A DNA stretch of 64,000 nt from Schizochytrium sp. TIO01. Taxonomy: Eukaryota; Protista; Bigyra: Labyrinthulomycetes. How positions within the stretch are numbered: the first letter of the stretch is position 1; each line of letters opens with the position of its first letter. Made by a program: the position numbers and the translations under genes. Shown one piece after another: positions 22,062-33,669 of the stretch. The stretch is from positions 3,324,436-3,388,435 of the forward strand of contig SMSO01000031.1 of assembly GCA_004764695.1 (NCBI GenBank), written 5' to 3'. The notes beneath the pieces were generated by a model. The model ran no database searches. It saw only the letters and a list, made by a program, of their open reading frames with translations, and was not told where the DNA came from.

Positions 22062-25000
22062 CTAGCTCTTGAACTGAGGCTGGGGAGCGCCTGGCTCATA
22101 CGGCATGCGATTATTGCTGAAACCAGATTGTGATCTTCTGTGATCAGAGATAGGTTCATTTGAGGGCCTCGATGGGTTCTGCAGATCAGCGCTAGGAGGG
22201 AAATACCCTGATCTCGCATGCGATCGTTCCGAGTGATAACGGTGCTTGTAAGGACGGTTTTGCCCGCGATCATCATAGTTATCATTCTTATCTGAAAATC
22301 TCCGCTGTTCATATTCATTCCGAGTCGACCTATGCTGATAATCCTCATCACGACGATGTCTTTTATTCCTGTAGTCGCGATCATCAGAACGTTTGGATTT
22401 CTCAGAGGAGTGCGAACGCCGTGAATCAGTTTCATACCTACGCGATCTACTTCGTGAACGAGACGGATCTCTGTTCGTATTTACTGGAGGAAGACTTAGC
22501 TGCGATTTCATGCTATCAATCGTTGCATTTGCTTTCCTTAGCTCTTCCTCTCTTTCCGACAACTCCTTTTGAGATTTGGTCAACTCATTTTGGATACCCT
22601 TCAACTTCTCCAGGGTGGGTTGCAGCTCGTTCTTGCAATGCGTAAGCTCATTTATCTTACAATCGAACTCCTTACGCTCCGCCTCGCGTTCCGCCTCGAG
22701 TTTAGACAATTTCTCGCGATACTGTTGCAGCTCGTTCTCAAAGTTTGACTTCGTTTTCACAAGCTCAGACTCAAGTTTTTGAGCTGCCTTGCGTTCTACG
22801 TCGAAATCAGATATTTTACTGCGGCACTCCTCCAGCTCCCTCTTAAGATTTAACTCTGTATTCGCATGCAGGGATGCAGCTTTTTGCGCTGCCTCGAGTT
22901 GCGTCTCGCATGTAGATAATTTTTCGCGATGCTGTTCGAGTTCTTTCTTAAGCTCGGCTTGAACCTTAGCTGATAGTTGTGCAGCCTTTTCAAATTTTTG
23001 TCGAAGTTTGGTAACGTGGTGCTGGGTGGGCCGCATATTGAGTTCGGTTTGAGCATTCTTCAATTTCTCCTTTGTCTGTCTTAGTTGAGCTTCCACAATT
23101 TTTAATTCTTCATGTGTAGCCTCCCTTTTCTGGGAATCTGGTTGGGCTTGAAGAGTTGAGACTGTCTTCTCAAGAGCAGCTATCCGATTTTTATAATGAC
23201 TTATATCCTCTGCCCAAAGTTTCCGCTTGACGATTGATGAGACAGATTTATCTTCAATCTTATCACTCAGAGCTCTGGCCTCAAGAATTAACTTGCACAA
23301 ACCGCTAATAGAGTCTTTCTCGATTTGTGGTTTTAGAGACGATAAGACCAAATCGATAGCATTTTTTACTGAGATTTCACCTAGATTCTGAGCCCGGTCC
23401 ATATTCTCATTAACTAACTTTGCAAAGTTTTCCAGAATCTCACTATTCATATATGCAGGAAGTTTTGAAGCTGACTCTCCCAGAATCTGACAGATTTTAT
23501 TCAATCTTTTCAAAACACCTTGAGACTCACCAGTAGCTGAGTATAGACCTTCATTCCCTGTTTGTAGCTGCTGATGTAGTGGCTGAAGTTTTACCGTTGG
23601 TTGTATTTGGGGGTCCTGACCTGGACTTTCCAATTTGGTTTGACTTGACCTTTCTTGAAGTTTGAGCTGCACCAAATCATTCATGTGCTCATGTTGTGGT
23701 GCAATTCTCTGAGAAGGCACATCGTCTCTTTCCTGATTAGCATGCCCAGTGGTGATGATCTTTGGTGTACTCCTGCTAGATTCGTCAACGTTAAGACGCG
23801 TGGCTTCACTAGGTATCTCTCTCTTCGGTATTTCTAAATGAGACGGGTTGCTAACTTGATTAGTAGCCACCTTATAAATTTGACAATCTTCAGTGGCAGG
23901 TTGCTCCTGGTGCATAACGATAGGGGATTCCTCTTCTTTACGGTATTCCTTGTCAGCAGTAATTTTTGAATTCGCAACAATACCCCGAGATGATTCCTTG
24001 CGTGCTTCTTCATTGCTCTGCTTCTTGTCAATTTCATTGTGTTCAGCACCGTGCTCTGATGAACGATCCTTTTTACCATCTCTCTTCCTGCATGAGATAA
24101 TGCTTTGTTGATTTGTTTTCATGAGGTTTTCTGCGATACTCTCAAGTGCATTGCTCTTGCTCTCTCGTATTCCTAACTTTTCACAATTTAGTTCAGGTAT
24201 TATCCCAGCTTCGTTATCCTCATTATCGTCATCATCGTCCATTCCCTGTGTCTGCATTTGACTGATATCATCATCATGGTCATCAGGATCACTTTCATTA
24301 TGATGAATAGCAGAATGATCAGTAGAGAACTTAGAGTCAGGTTTCTCTATGTTCTGGTTCTTTTTTGGGCTAGATTGATAAGACAAATGTTTAGTAATTG
24401 GGCCTTCTTTCTCAGGGTTTTGCCCATCATCATTTCCATCGTCTGAATAGTCGTCTTGGCTGCTAACAAGACTATCCTGGCTGCTAGTGAGGGTGTCCTG
24501 AGTGGCACTAAAATCGTCTTCTTGAATTCTGTTTGAGAGGCTTGCCATATCTTCATTACGCATTTCATCTTCTTCCTGACGCTTTTCTTCCCTTACAGCA
24601 TTTGCCTTGAGAATACGAACACGACTCCTGTTTCGAGCTTTGTCATTGGAAGCAGAATAATCGCGGGAAATTGTTGTTCTACGGAGACTTGCTTGCTTCT
24701 GCTCGGCTAGTGTCTTGCTTTGGGCTGAAGAGCCTGCATCATCCTTATTGGCCAGTACTTCCTTGAAAAGTTTTCTAAATTGTTTGCCACCATATTTGGA
24801 ACGTCCAATACCAAAGGTTGGGTTGCTTGGATGTTTCCCCGAAAAACTCTCTACAAAATCTAAGGTTGAGGTGAGGTTTGCAACCGGTTTGCTCACCCCT
24901 GCTTCCGTGCCAACACTATGCTTGGAGGCAGCATTCGTGGTTGCAGGACTGCAAATATTCTGCAAAGTATCTTCACTAGATGATGAAGAGTGGGTAACCT

Positions 25001-26702
25001 GCTCTTTACCAGGTCCCTTTTCAGGACTGGAGGATAACAAGGGCTGTGAACTTTCGTCTTTGGAGGAAACTACGTTGTGATCCTTTGCAGCATTTTCAGA
25101 CTCCACATCGGACTCGTTTGCAGCAATGATACTAGTATCGGCTTCATCCTCGGCAGCAGTGATACTAGTATCGGCTTCATCCTCGGGACTTACATGGTCA
25201 AGCTGAGGGAGATCGGGGGAGCTTTTATCACTGACTGCATCGTCGTTGTGATGGTTGTTGTCGCCAGACTTATTTGTACCAACTATCTCATCATGACGAG
25301 GACTTCTGACCACACTATCAGTGATGGCGCTATCGACTCTTGTTCCAGAATCATTATTATGCTCTTCCTCTTTCTCCTCCTCTTTCTCCTCCTTTTTCTC
25401 TTCCTCACTCTCTTCCTCATCACCACTAGACACTAGATCTATACAATCTAGGTCTACGTCCAATGATGGAGCATCATCATTAGTTCTGTGAGACTCCTCA
25501 GTTCTTGAAGTGCTATTTTCAGCAGACTTCATCCTTTTGCGAGTGCTAGCTTCGCTTGAAAGGGATGGCGCAGGACGTTTTCGCGAGGCAGGGCCTGTGT
25601 TACGTAATGGTTTTTTCTCAAAAGTAATTTTGATAACCTTGAGCAAACCTTTCCGTGCTCGTTTAACAGCCTTGATTCTAAGCGGCGATTCCACAAGAGC
25701 AAAGGCAGCTAGGAAGGCATACTTAGTATTCTGTATCATTAATTCCTCTGTAGAAACACTTTCTGACGAGTTCTTTTGAATCTCTTGTTCGTCATAATCA
25801 ACCTCAGAGCGATAATAATCATCTTTTTTGGTGTAGGCTCTAAGTTTTTGCACCCGAGAAGAAGAAGAGGAAGAAGAAGAAGAATCAGAGTTGCTTTCCA
25901 AACATACTGACAATGTTTTCTTTTGGCCCATTCTTTCCAATACCTCTTCGCTAAGAGATTTGAGCTGTTTACTAAGGACCATAGTGTAATCTGAGGTCTG
26001 CGATGTTTCTTGTCCCACAGCATTTTCAGTGGTGCCTTCCGAAGGGCTACCTACCTCGACGGAAGAGCCTTCACGTCCATTTTGTAAAGTGCTGCGATGG
26101 GCTTGACGTTCATTGGATATGGTTTTGTCATTATCACTCGAATCTCTTCGTGCTGCTGCTCGGCTTTTTGTGATCTGAGTCAACGAAGAAGCAGCCTGAC
26201 TGCTTGCTGGAACAGGGTTTGAGCTTTGCGTTGCGCTTGGCATATTATTTTGTTCATGAGAAGGGGATGGACGAAGCCCTAATCCATTGTCTGAAGCTTC
26301 TGTCAAGTTTGGCATAGTTTCTGACGGAGACCCACGAGGCGATTTCGATGTATTCGTTTTTGAGGCCAAACTAGCATCTGTACCTGTCCTTGAAGTTGAC
26401 GAATTCAAAGGCAAACCTGCGGCAGGTGTTTGGTTCGACCCCAGCACTCCAGGCAGGACCTGACCCACGGCCTGAGGTTCTTTGTCCTTCGCCCTCTTGT
26501 TACCAGCATCGTCTTCCTTGTCTCTAGCCTCGTTGTCCCGCCCAGCGTCTGAATGCTCGTGTAGCACGTCATCAGGAGGCGCATCATTGCCCTGTCCAGT
26601 CTTTCCAGCTATGGCCGACAGACCCTTGTTTTGAGGGGGGCGTGGCTGGTCAACGCACAATGTGAGATGATCGTCATCGGAGTCAGAGTCCCAATCAGAC
26701 AT
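22062..26702 (-). CDS. Large orphan protein: disordered Ser/acidic N-terminal two thirds, coiled coil, RS/RD-rich tail
   Basis: Uninterrupted ~1546-codon ORF (first ATG 26702). Heptad-rich region from roughly aa 1170 to 1410; SRSRSRSRR tail; basic RKRP...RKRMK; SIM-like CIDLVSSGDEEE. Confidence 0.85.
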   Translation of the reverse strand: MSDWDSDSDDDHLTLCVDQPRPPQNKGLSAIAGKTGQGNDAPPDDVLHEHSDAGRDNEARDKEDDAGNKRAKDKEPQAVGQVLPGVLGSNQTPAAGLPLNSSTSRTGTDASLASKTNTSKSPRGSPSETMPNLTEASDNGLGLRPSPSHEQNNMPSATQSSNPVPASSQAASSLTQITKSRAAARRDSSDNDKTISNERQAHRSTLQNGREGSSVEVGSPSEGTTENAVGQETSQTSDYTMVLSKQLKSLSEEVLERMGQKKTLSVCLESNSDSSSSSSSSSRVQKLRAYTKKDDYYRSEVDYDEQEIQKNSSESVSTEELMIQNTKYAFLAAFALVESPLRIKAVKRARKGLLKVIKITFEKKPLRNTGPASRKRPAPSLSSEASTRKRMKSAENSTSRTEESHRTNDDAPSLDVDLDCIDLVSSGDEEESEEEKKEEKEEEKEEEHNNDSGTRVDSAITDSVVRSPRHDEIVGTNKSGDNNHHNDDAVSDKSSPDLPQLDHVSPEDEADTSITAAEDEADTSIIAANESDVESENAAKDHNVVSSKDESSQPLLSSSPEKGPGKEQVTHSSSSSEDTLQNICSPATTNAASKHSVGTEAGVSKPVANLTSTLDFVESFSGKHPSNPTFGIGRSKYGGKQFRKLFKEVLANKDDAGSSAQSKTLAEQKQASLRRTTISRDYSASNDKARNRSRVRILKANAVREEKRQEEDEMRNEDMASLSNRIQEDDFSATQDTLTSSQDSLVSSQDDYSDDGNDDGQNPEKEGPITKHLSYQSSPKKNQNIEKPDSKFSTDHSAIHHNESDPDDHDDDISQMQTQGMDDDDDNEDNEAGIIPELNCEKLGIRESKSNALESIAENLMKTNQQSIISCRKRDGKKDRSSEHGAEHNEIDKKQSNEEARKESSRGIVANSKITADKEYRKEEESPIVMHQEQPATEDCQIYKVATNQVSNPSHLEIPKREIPSEATRLNVDESSRSTPKIITTGHANQERDDVPSQRIAPQHEHMNDLVQLKLQERSSQTKLESPGQDPQIQPTVKLQPLHQQLQTGNEGLYSATGESQGVLKRLNKICQILGESASKLPAYMNSEILENFAKLVNENMDRAQNLGEISVKNAIDLVLSSLKPQIEKDSISGLCKLILEARALSDKIEDKSVSSIVKRKLWAEDISHYKNRIAALEKTVSTLQAQPDSQKREATHEELKIVEAQLRQTKEKLKNAQTELNMRPTQHHVTKLRQKFEKAAQLSAKVQAELKKELEQHREKLSTCETQLEAAQKAASLHANTELNLKRELEECRSKISDFDVERKAAQKLESELVKTKSNFENELQQYREKLSKLEAEREAERKEFDCKINELTHCKNELQPTLEKLKGIQNELTKSQKELSEREEELRKANATIDSMKSQLSLPPVNTNRDPSRSRSRSRRYETDSRRSHSSEKSKRSDDRDYRNKRHRRDEDYQHRSTRNEYEQRRFSDKNDNYDDRGQNRPYKHRYHSERSHARSGYFPPSADLQNPSRPSNEPISDHRRSQSGFSNNRMPYEPGAPQPQFKS

Positions 26703-28000
26703 GCTGTGCTCCACTTCCTTCCACGCCTATTTCGGAATTGAATCAGCATCACAACCATCTCTTCAGGTATTACTTATACTTATTTACTTATTAAGCAGGT
26801 ACCTTACATACTCTTACTTCGAAGGCTTAAAAACTAAAAAAGAAGAATAATCTCATTCCTACGAGGCACTCTTATTGAGAGTAGTAATTGCAGTAGTTAG
26901 CCAATCTACTATTAGCAGGCTTTTGCCCCTTTCCTCAAGGCATCAATGCGGTCAATACGTAGGATCTGATCACGAACTTTCCGGGGCTGCGTGTCTTACC
27001 CATTGATCTCCGCTATCATAGATCTCGCTCTCAACATTCTCTCTCTCAACTGTGTGTCTTTGGACCTTGTCAGCACTATTGATCAACGCAAGAAACAGAG
27101 ATCAAGAATCCATGTCTGCTTCTCAAAAGGGTAGATAGTCCTACAACTCCTTGTTGCCAAATACACTACTAGTTCTACTCTACCCCTCTCGCCGCTCTCA
27201 TGCACTGGATCCAATCCTGTTCCTGTACAAAGGGACACATGTCATAGCAATATTAAGTATTTCACCATAGAAGAAAGTTTTCAAACCGATTGTGCAGAGA
27301 TACAGAACCCCGCGCAATATTCGAGAGCAGGGGCATAAAGGAGGTCTACTTCAATATTCATTTTTGAGAGCGCGGTTCTGGCTTCTGAATTGCTCTGCCA
27401 ATGCTCTCGCTTTCATGCAAAGGCGCTCGACCGTTCAACATTTCCCGTCTTCGCTTTTCCTGTGCTGCTTTCATCTCCATTCATGTCTCTCTAATAGAGT
27501 TTCCACGCTCTAACTTGAGCTTTCAAAGCCCCTTCGCAATCACGAATCACTCGTGCCTGCCGCTAGTACCTACCTAACAACACTACTAAAACTTCATATA
27601 GTAGTGTTTCTACTATCAGGTTTCTAATGTTGAGAGCAAACTAGGCTTGTACCGTTTCCTATAGAATGGCTCTAAGCTAGTTTGGTTCTAGCTTATCCAC
27701 TAAGGTATAAGACATTGCTAATCAATAACTAACTCTTAGCAGTAGGCTTACTTTAATTTCATTTCTTTTATAAAAAGGCCTATAAAAATTATTACCAGAG
27801 GAGATGAAGAAGGAGAATGCCTCTGTAGAAGGATTGAGTATTGAAGAGGGAATGGGATTGAGATCAAGCAAACCCCAAAGTACCCTCGAATGTTTGTAGC
27901 CTTCATTGGATGCTCATCGAGACGATTTTGAACACGTTGGGCACAAGCGCCAAGACAAAACGAAAAGTGGCCTCATAGTTCTGACACACGCACGTTCGAC

Positions 28001-29284
28001 ATGAGCTCCCCGACCTCACCGCCCCCGGCGCAGGAAGGCAACCTTCCTTCTTGGTTGTGGCCTGGCAGTGAAAGCAGCGACAGTTTTGAGGTCGAAACTG
28101 AGTGCGAGCATAAGAAGGGTGAAGAGCAAGTAGTGCGGGGACAAAGACGTGCAGAACTAGAGGCAGTATTTGAGGGCTGTCGCAAATCATTGGCCTACTC
28201 TGGAGATGACATTGAGAGCGAGTTCGACATTACCATTCAAGTGAACAATATCTTCGTCAATGACGTAGAAGTCCTGGATGAGACTACTTTGAAGAACGCC
28301 AATTGTATTTTCGAAAGAGTCCAAGCGGAGATCATGATGAAGAAAACCCATCGAGTAGATGGGAGGTACTCACACAAGAAATTTGGCGAGCTCTTGACAT
28401 CGCGATGGACATACATCCTCCGCAGTAAACCTTGCAATTATCTTGTTTCATGTGTGAGAATAGTACCAGCAGCAAGTTTATTAATTGTAATTAGTGTGAA
28501 ATATAATCCAGCTCCTCTCCTAACCAAGCGTGGACGCACTCTGGATGGCCAGTCTCAATACGATCCAATTTCAAAGATAGCAAAGTCTTTGGTCGCAGGA
28601 GATCAGACTGGCGAGAGACAACAGATGACATCCATGAGTGAGGGAATCATGGGAAAGGCAATTGAATTGTTAGTGGACTTGATAAAGGCCAAGCCTGGAG
28701 AAAATCAGCTAGAGTTTGAACCACAAAGTACGAGACAAATCCTTCAGAATGAGCTTACTACCTCGAAAAAAGTAGCGGCAGAGCTTCGGCAACAAGTACA
28801 GGCTCTCCAGGATCAACTCACTCGGTCCCAGAACTCTGCTAATATTGAAAAACAGAGACTTGCGAATATTATTGGAGCTTTAAATATTACGATTCGAAAT
28901 CAAAAAGAAGACTATGAGACATATCTCAAGGCAGAGAAGTTTGCCAATGACAGCCGGGTGGAAAGACTTTCTGAGAGAGTGTCTGAACTAGAAAAGCAAA
29001 AGCAGAGTCTCGAGAAGGACCTTCAGCAGCACCGTGAGCAGAGAAAGATCAGTACTGATATCGCAAGCAGTCTTCTTCAGCGGTGTTTAAGTGATGTAGG
29101 GAAATACTGCGTTGATCAACTCAGCGAAAACCCGTCTAGGACAGATTTTGAAAATATCGTTGACAGAGTCCTTCGGGAGCGGCATTTCGAGATTATAGAC
29201 GAAGGGTTTGAGTATTTGTCAATGAAGGTAGAAAGTATCATACAGGAAGAGAAATTAGCCATTCTCATGAGAGGATATACTTAA
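28001..29284 (+). CDS. Orphan protein with globular-looking N-terminal half and C-terminal coiled coil, 427 aa
   Basis: ATG-initiated 427-codon ORF with heptad pattern at aa ~245-350. No family recognised. Confidence 0.8.
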   Translation: MSSPTSPPPAQEGNLPSWLWPGSESSDSFEVETECEHKKGEEQVVRGQRRAELEAVFEGCRKSLAYSGDDIESEFDITIQVNNIFVNDVEVLDETTLKNANCIFERVQAEIMMKKTHRVDGRYSHKKFGELLTSRWTYILRSKPCNYLVSCVRIVPAASLLIVISVKYNPAPLLTKRGRTLDGQSQYDPISKIAKSLVAGDQTGERQQMTSMSEGIMGKAIELLVDLIKAKPGENQLEFEPQSTRQILQNELTTSKKVAAELRQQVQALQDQLTRSQNSANIEKQRLANIIGALNITIRNQKEDYETYLKAEKFANDSRVERLSERVSELEKQKQSLEKDLQQHREQRKISTDIASSLLQRCLSDVGKYCVDQLSENPSRTDFENIVDRVLRERHFEIIDEGFEYLSMKVESIIQEEKLAILMRGYT

Positions 29285-30599
29285 TATTAAGAAATTATTA
29301 CTGTAAACGATTTCATGAAGGCACATTTGTCTTTTTCTTTATTAGACCGAAGTCCGATTATATGGTCCAAATCCGTAACAGGTTTCTGGACGCTAGTTGT
29401 TCACCGTCGTCACCTGGTACAACTAGTTCCTAGAACTATTGGTTTTTGTACTAGCTGTGGCACACACTATAAATTACCAAAGCCCAGCTGTAAAGAAGGT
29501 TTACGCCAACTATGAGAATTAAAGTTAGTCGCGTAGATTCTCTTGAAAGGTAGAGGTAGGAGCTGCTGTTTCTTTGGCAAGCGCATGTGAGATTTTAATC
29601 AAGATGCAAGTCTCGCATTACCGTGGTTGAATTCATTCGCAGAAGACACTTCTTCGCTAGGATCGAGGCGGGCCAAGAGATAATGAAAAATCCATCTCCC
29701 CACTATTCTCCATTGGGTGATTCGTAGTTCAAGTCTTCCATGCCGTTAACGTCCCAATTATAATTTACATGGTGTGTCCCTAGAATCTGCCAACCTCGCC
29801 CTCATCTCCGCCATCCTGTCTCTAGCGATCTCATAGTCTTGGTCCATTCTTTTCCTTATCAATTAACACCATCTCATAGTCAGCATTTTCCATAATGAAA
29901 CATCATCGCCAGCTGTATTTGTTGTATTAAAAAGAGGAAAACAAGCAGAAAACAAAGAGGTAGGGAGGATGTGATGGTACTACCAAGGGGGAGGAGCCAC
30001 CATAACGATGAGAAGGACGGGCGGGCACTGCCCTCTACCCCTTCCTGTACCACCGCGACCTCGTCCACGGTGTTGCCTTAAATAATCAGGGTTAGTTAGT
30101 TTTTTTTTCTTTGCTCAAAAATTCAAGTTTGTCCAAAAAAAAACAGGCCTAACATAACAGGTCGGCGCTAAGTGGACCATAATAGTGGACTATCGCAGTG
30201 CTAGAATAGGGACGTGTAAATACCGCTCATTCGTTGATATTCATACAAGGTTCTGATGAGGGAAATTACCATTCGTGATTAGCGAGTACGACACTTGCAC
30301 ACGACCCTTTACGTCGAACTGCACGCGATCCTCAATGTCAACTCTCAGGCGTCTTCTACTCGATTCCTAATGATATCTAGTAGGCTGTCATGCGATATCC
30401 ACTACCGTCTAAGAGACAACTAAACTAATCAGTAGGTAGTTGTAGCCTATAGAATGATAAAACAACCTTAGTGAGTGATTAAAAGACTCTACCCCTCATT
30501 CTGACAAGCTAGTGAGAGCGCTTACAATTAGCTATTTGCTGGAACAGCGATTTGCTACTACATCCTCTATGCTCTCATGATGCCCAATAGATAGTTTCT

Positions 30600-31080
30600 A
30601 ATACTCTCCCAATACTCTAAGGATAATATATCTATGAAAATGTATCGCCAAACGGACTGAGATGTACTTTGAAAAGTACACCTAGTTTTTTGTCAAGAGT
30701 AGAAACACACTGTTTCTGGACAAAGGTTCCGTCTCTGTTCCGCATTTTCGCTCTCAAAGTTGTCCATTCACTCTCTGCCAAGCAGATCTACTACAAATCG
30801 CTAAGGAGTCGCTAGCAGCAGATTATTGGGAAACAATTAACACTGCTTAAACAGGTACACTCAGGAGGTATCAATACCCTCCCGATACTCTATGAACGAT
30901 ATATCCATGAGCATGTATTGCCAAACGGACTGATAAGCAAGATAGTTTGAAAAGTACTACGTCTTAAATTTTATTTTTTTTTAAAAAAGGGTAGCAACAC
31001 GCCGCTCTCAAATCACTCTCCGACAAGCAAGCTACTATAAATCGCTAAGGAGCCGCTAGCACCAAATTATGTGGAGCCAA
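30600..31080. repeat. Diverged non-coding tandem duplication (two copies, offset ~273 bp)
   Basis: 30600-30660 vs 30873-30933 match at 51/61 nt. Further shared blocks: tttgaaaagtac, cgctctcaaa, ctac(t/a)..aaatcgctaaggag.cgctagca. Confidence 0.85.
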
Positions 31081-31442
31081 CTTTAAAATATTTACGGTTT
31101 GCAGCTATGATAAACTATAGGAGTCTACCATGGGTGCAAAATAGCTGAGTTTTAAATTTTAATTTAAAATACATAAATAATGATATAACCATTTTGAGAG
31201 CGAAAGTATTTTTGCATCGGTTTGGCTTTGCTGTGTCCACATCCTAAGGGGAACTCTGTTAAGAATGCTTCTGCACGGGCCATTCTGCAGAAGCATTGCG
31301 ACGAAGGCCTTAATCGCGAAAACCTTTTCATCATGGGAGCCCTAGGCCCTACCATGTGTCAGTAAATAAGTGTTTAAGGACTAAGGCAGATAAAAAAATT
31401 TCTTACCCATCTTTTAAATTAACAAATAATTAAATACAGACT

Positions 31443-31490
31443 AAACCAAAACCAAAACCAAAACCAAAACCAAAACCAAAACTAAAAACA
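31443..31490. repeat. (AAAACC)n hexamer microsatellite
   Basis: About 6 perfect units plus degenerate flanks, ~150 bp upstream of the 31640 ATG. Confidence 0.9.
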
Positions 31491-31639
31491 AAAATAAAGT
31501 CGAGAGGAAGCAGACAAGACTGCCGAGACTGCTGAGCCTGCCCAAGACCACCAACATAGCAGCTTAGCCACAACAAAACCAGAAAGTGGGCCCGTTGCGT
31601 CAGCCGCAGTGGGGGTCACCAACAAACTCTCCTTTACAC

Positions 31640-33669
31640 ATGTTTGACCTGGACAATAGCAGTGTTATTTCTGATGGCTCCTCCGCCAGGGGCGAGGACC
31701 AAGAGAACAACGCAGATGGCCCAGAACCTGGTAGTCAAACGCCGTCGATACCTACGAAGAAACGGAAAGCAGAGTATGAGATGTTTCCAGAGAGCGATAA
31801 AGACAAGATTCGCCACAAAGTTGAAAAGGTCATCGATGCCATCACTTCCTTGAAGAGGTTCTATCCTGCGAAGGAAAAGGGTAACCTCCTTGCTATCCTC
31901 GACTTGACGATGAACAGCGTTTTTGAGGAGATTTATACTCTCAAGGAAATCGAACAAGATATTGGGCGACTCTCCGGGGGATTCTTTGAAGAAGAACTTT
32001 ATAGACAGCGACTTCAAAAACACACTAAGGATACTGAGTTCATCGAGTCTTCTAAAAAAATTCTAGAGAAGCGTGAACAGGCTCTTTCCGTTCATGGTGA
32101 AACCATGAAGAAGCGCGAAGGAGCTGTGAGGGAGCGAGAAGATACAATGTCTGCGCGTGAAAGCGAGATTGAGATATGGAAAGAAAGCCTGGCATGTCGT
32201 GAGGAGCACGTGAAGAAGCATGAGCAAGGCCTTTCCTCCCGTGAAGAAGATGTGAAAAGCCGTGAGCAAGGCCTTGCCTCCCGTGAAGAAGCTGTGAAAA
32301 GCCGTGAGCAAAGCTTTGAGGAGCACGAGAAGAAGCATGAGCAAGGCCTTGCCTCCCGTGAAGAAGCTGTGAAAAGCCGTGAGCAAAGCTTTGAGGAGCA
32401 CGTGAAGAAGAGTAAGCAAGGCCTTGCCTCCCGTGAAGAAGCTGTGAAAAGCCGTGAGCAAAGCTTTGAGGAGCACGTGAAGAAGCGTGAGCAAGGCCTT
32501 GCCTCCCGTGAAGAAGCTGTGAAAAGCCGTGAGCAAAGCTTTGAGGAGCACGTGAAGAAGCGTCAGCAAGGCCTTGCCTCCCGTGAAGAAGCTGTGAAAA
32601 GCCGTGAGCAAAGCTTTGAGGCGCACGTGAAGAAGCATCAGCAAGGCCTTGCCTCCCGTGAAGAAGCTGTGAAAAGCCGTGAGCAAAGTCTTGCTATCAC
32701 AGAAGATAAAGCCAAGAAGCGTGAGGAGGAACTTTCTTGTCAGGAACAGGATCTTGATCTTCGTAAGAAGGAGCTCGATCGTTTTCAGAATAAACTCTCA
32801 CAACGCGAGAAGGCCTTGACGGTCTTAAAGATGTTGTGATTGAAGATTTAATTTCGCAACATATAAATTCTCAACAGCTAGTTCCTAAGCAGGAACAACG
32901 TACGCCTAACTCCTGTGACACAGCTTCAAGAAAGCTTGAAAAAGATCCTGCTTCTTGTGATGCAGCGTTCAAGAAGCAGGCAAGTGAGCTTAACTCTCAG
33001 AAGACAGCCCTTAAAGATCTTGAGAGCAAACTCAACTCTCGGAAGATAGACATTGAAAATCGCGAGCGCGATCTTGATACTCGCGACGCAAGTTTGATGG
33101 AACAGTTAAGTGACCTCGAATCACAGAAGGCATCGCTCAAAGAGCTTGAGATTGAAGTCAACTGTCGGGAGAAAGACATTAAAAATAACGAGCGCAATCT
33201 TGATCTTCGCACTACAACTTTAAACCTCCGCGAAGATGCGCTCCGCTCTCGGGAAGGAGATATTCAGCAGCTTCAAGCTAAGTTGGCATCCAGCCAAGCA
33301 CAATTTGAGGAGATGAAAAGGCAAGAGGAAGCCCGTCTCCACAAGCAAGATTTATCTTTGAAGCACCGTGAAAAATTGCTTCAAAGCGAGAGGTTACATT
33401 TTGCTCGAGAGGCCAGAGAGAAAATCGACGTTCCGATAACCCAGCAAATGATCAAGGTTGCTCAAAAACAAGATGATGTGAATCGTAGGGCAAAAGAACT
33501 AAAGCGTAAAGAAGCGAAACATGACCGGTCTCAGCAAGATGAAAACCAAGGGCAGGCTTTGGGGGTTATGCCTCGTGTTGACCCATTAAAGCGGCTTCAT
33601 GGCCCGCAGCCTCGTGCAATCAACGTTCAAAAGAATCCTTGCCTTTTCCAAAGCAAAATCAATGTATGA
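31640..33669 (+). CDS. Orphan coiled-coil repeat protein split by a single-base frameshift near 32813 (pseudogene or sequencing error)
   Basis: ORF 31640-32839 and ORF 32836-33669 share the same RE-heptad style. Restoring one C in AAGGCC[C]TTGAC joins them as ...REKALDGLKDVVIEDLISQH... Confidence 0.7.
32201..32692 (+). repeat. Coding tandem repeat: five near-identical 75-bp units (25 aa) preceded by 42-bp sub-units
   Basis: Units start at 32318, 32393, 32468, 32543 and 32618; peptide EEHVKKxEQGLASREEAVKSREQSF. Confidence 0.95.

Noticed and set aside
32063-32686. Repetitive 207-aa minus-strand ORF; regular repeats superficially like a CRISPR array
   Set aside because: Antisense of the 75-bp coding repeat. 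No unique spacers, no cas genes, eukaryotic context.
32836-32839. GTGA stop/start overlap suggesting bacterial-style translational coupling
   Set aside because: Eukaryotic locus; the downstream frame is open 42 nt further upstream and is better explained by a one-base indel.
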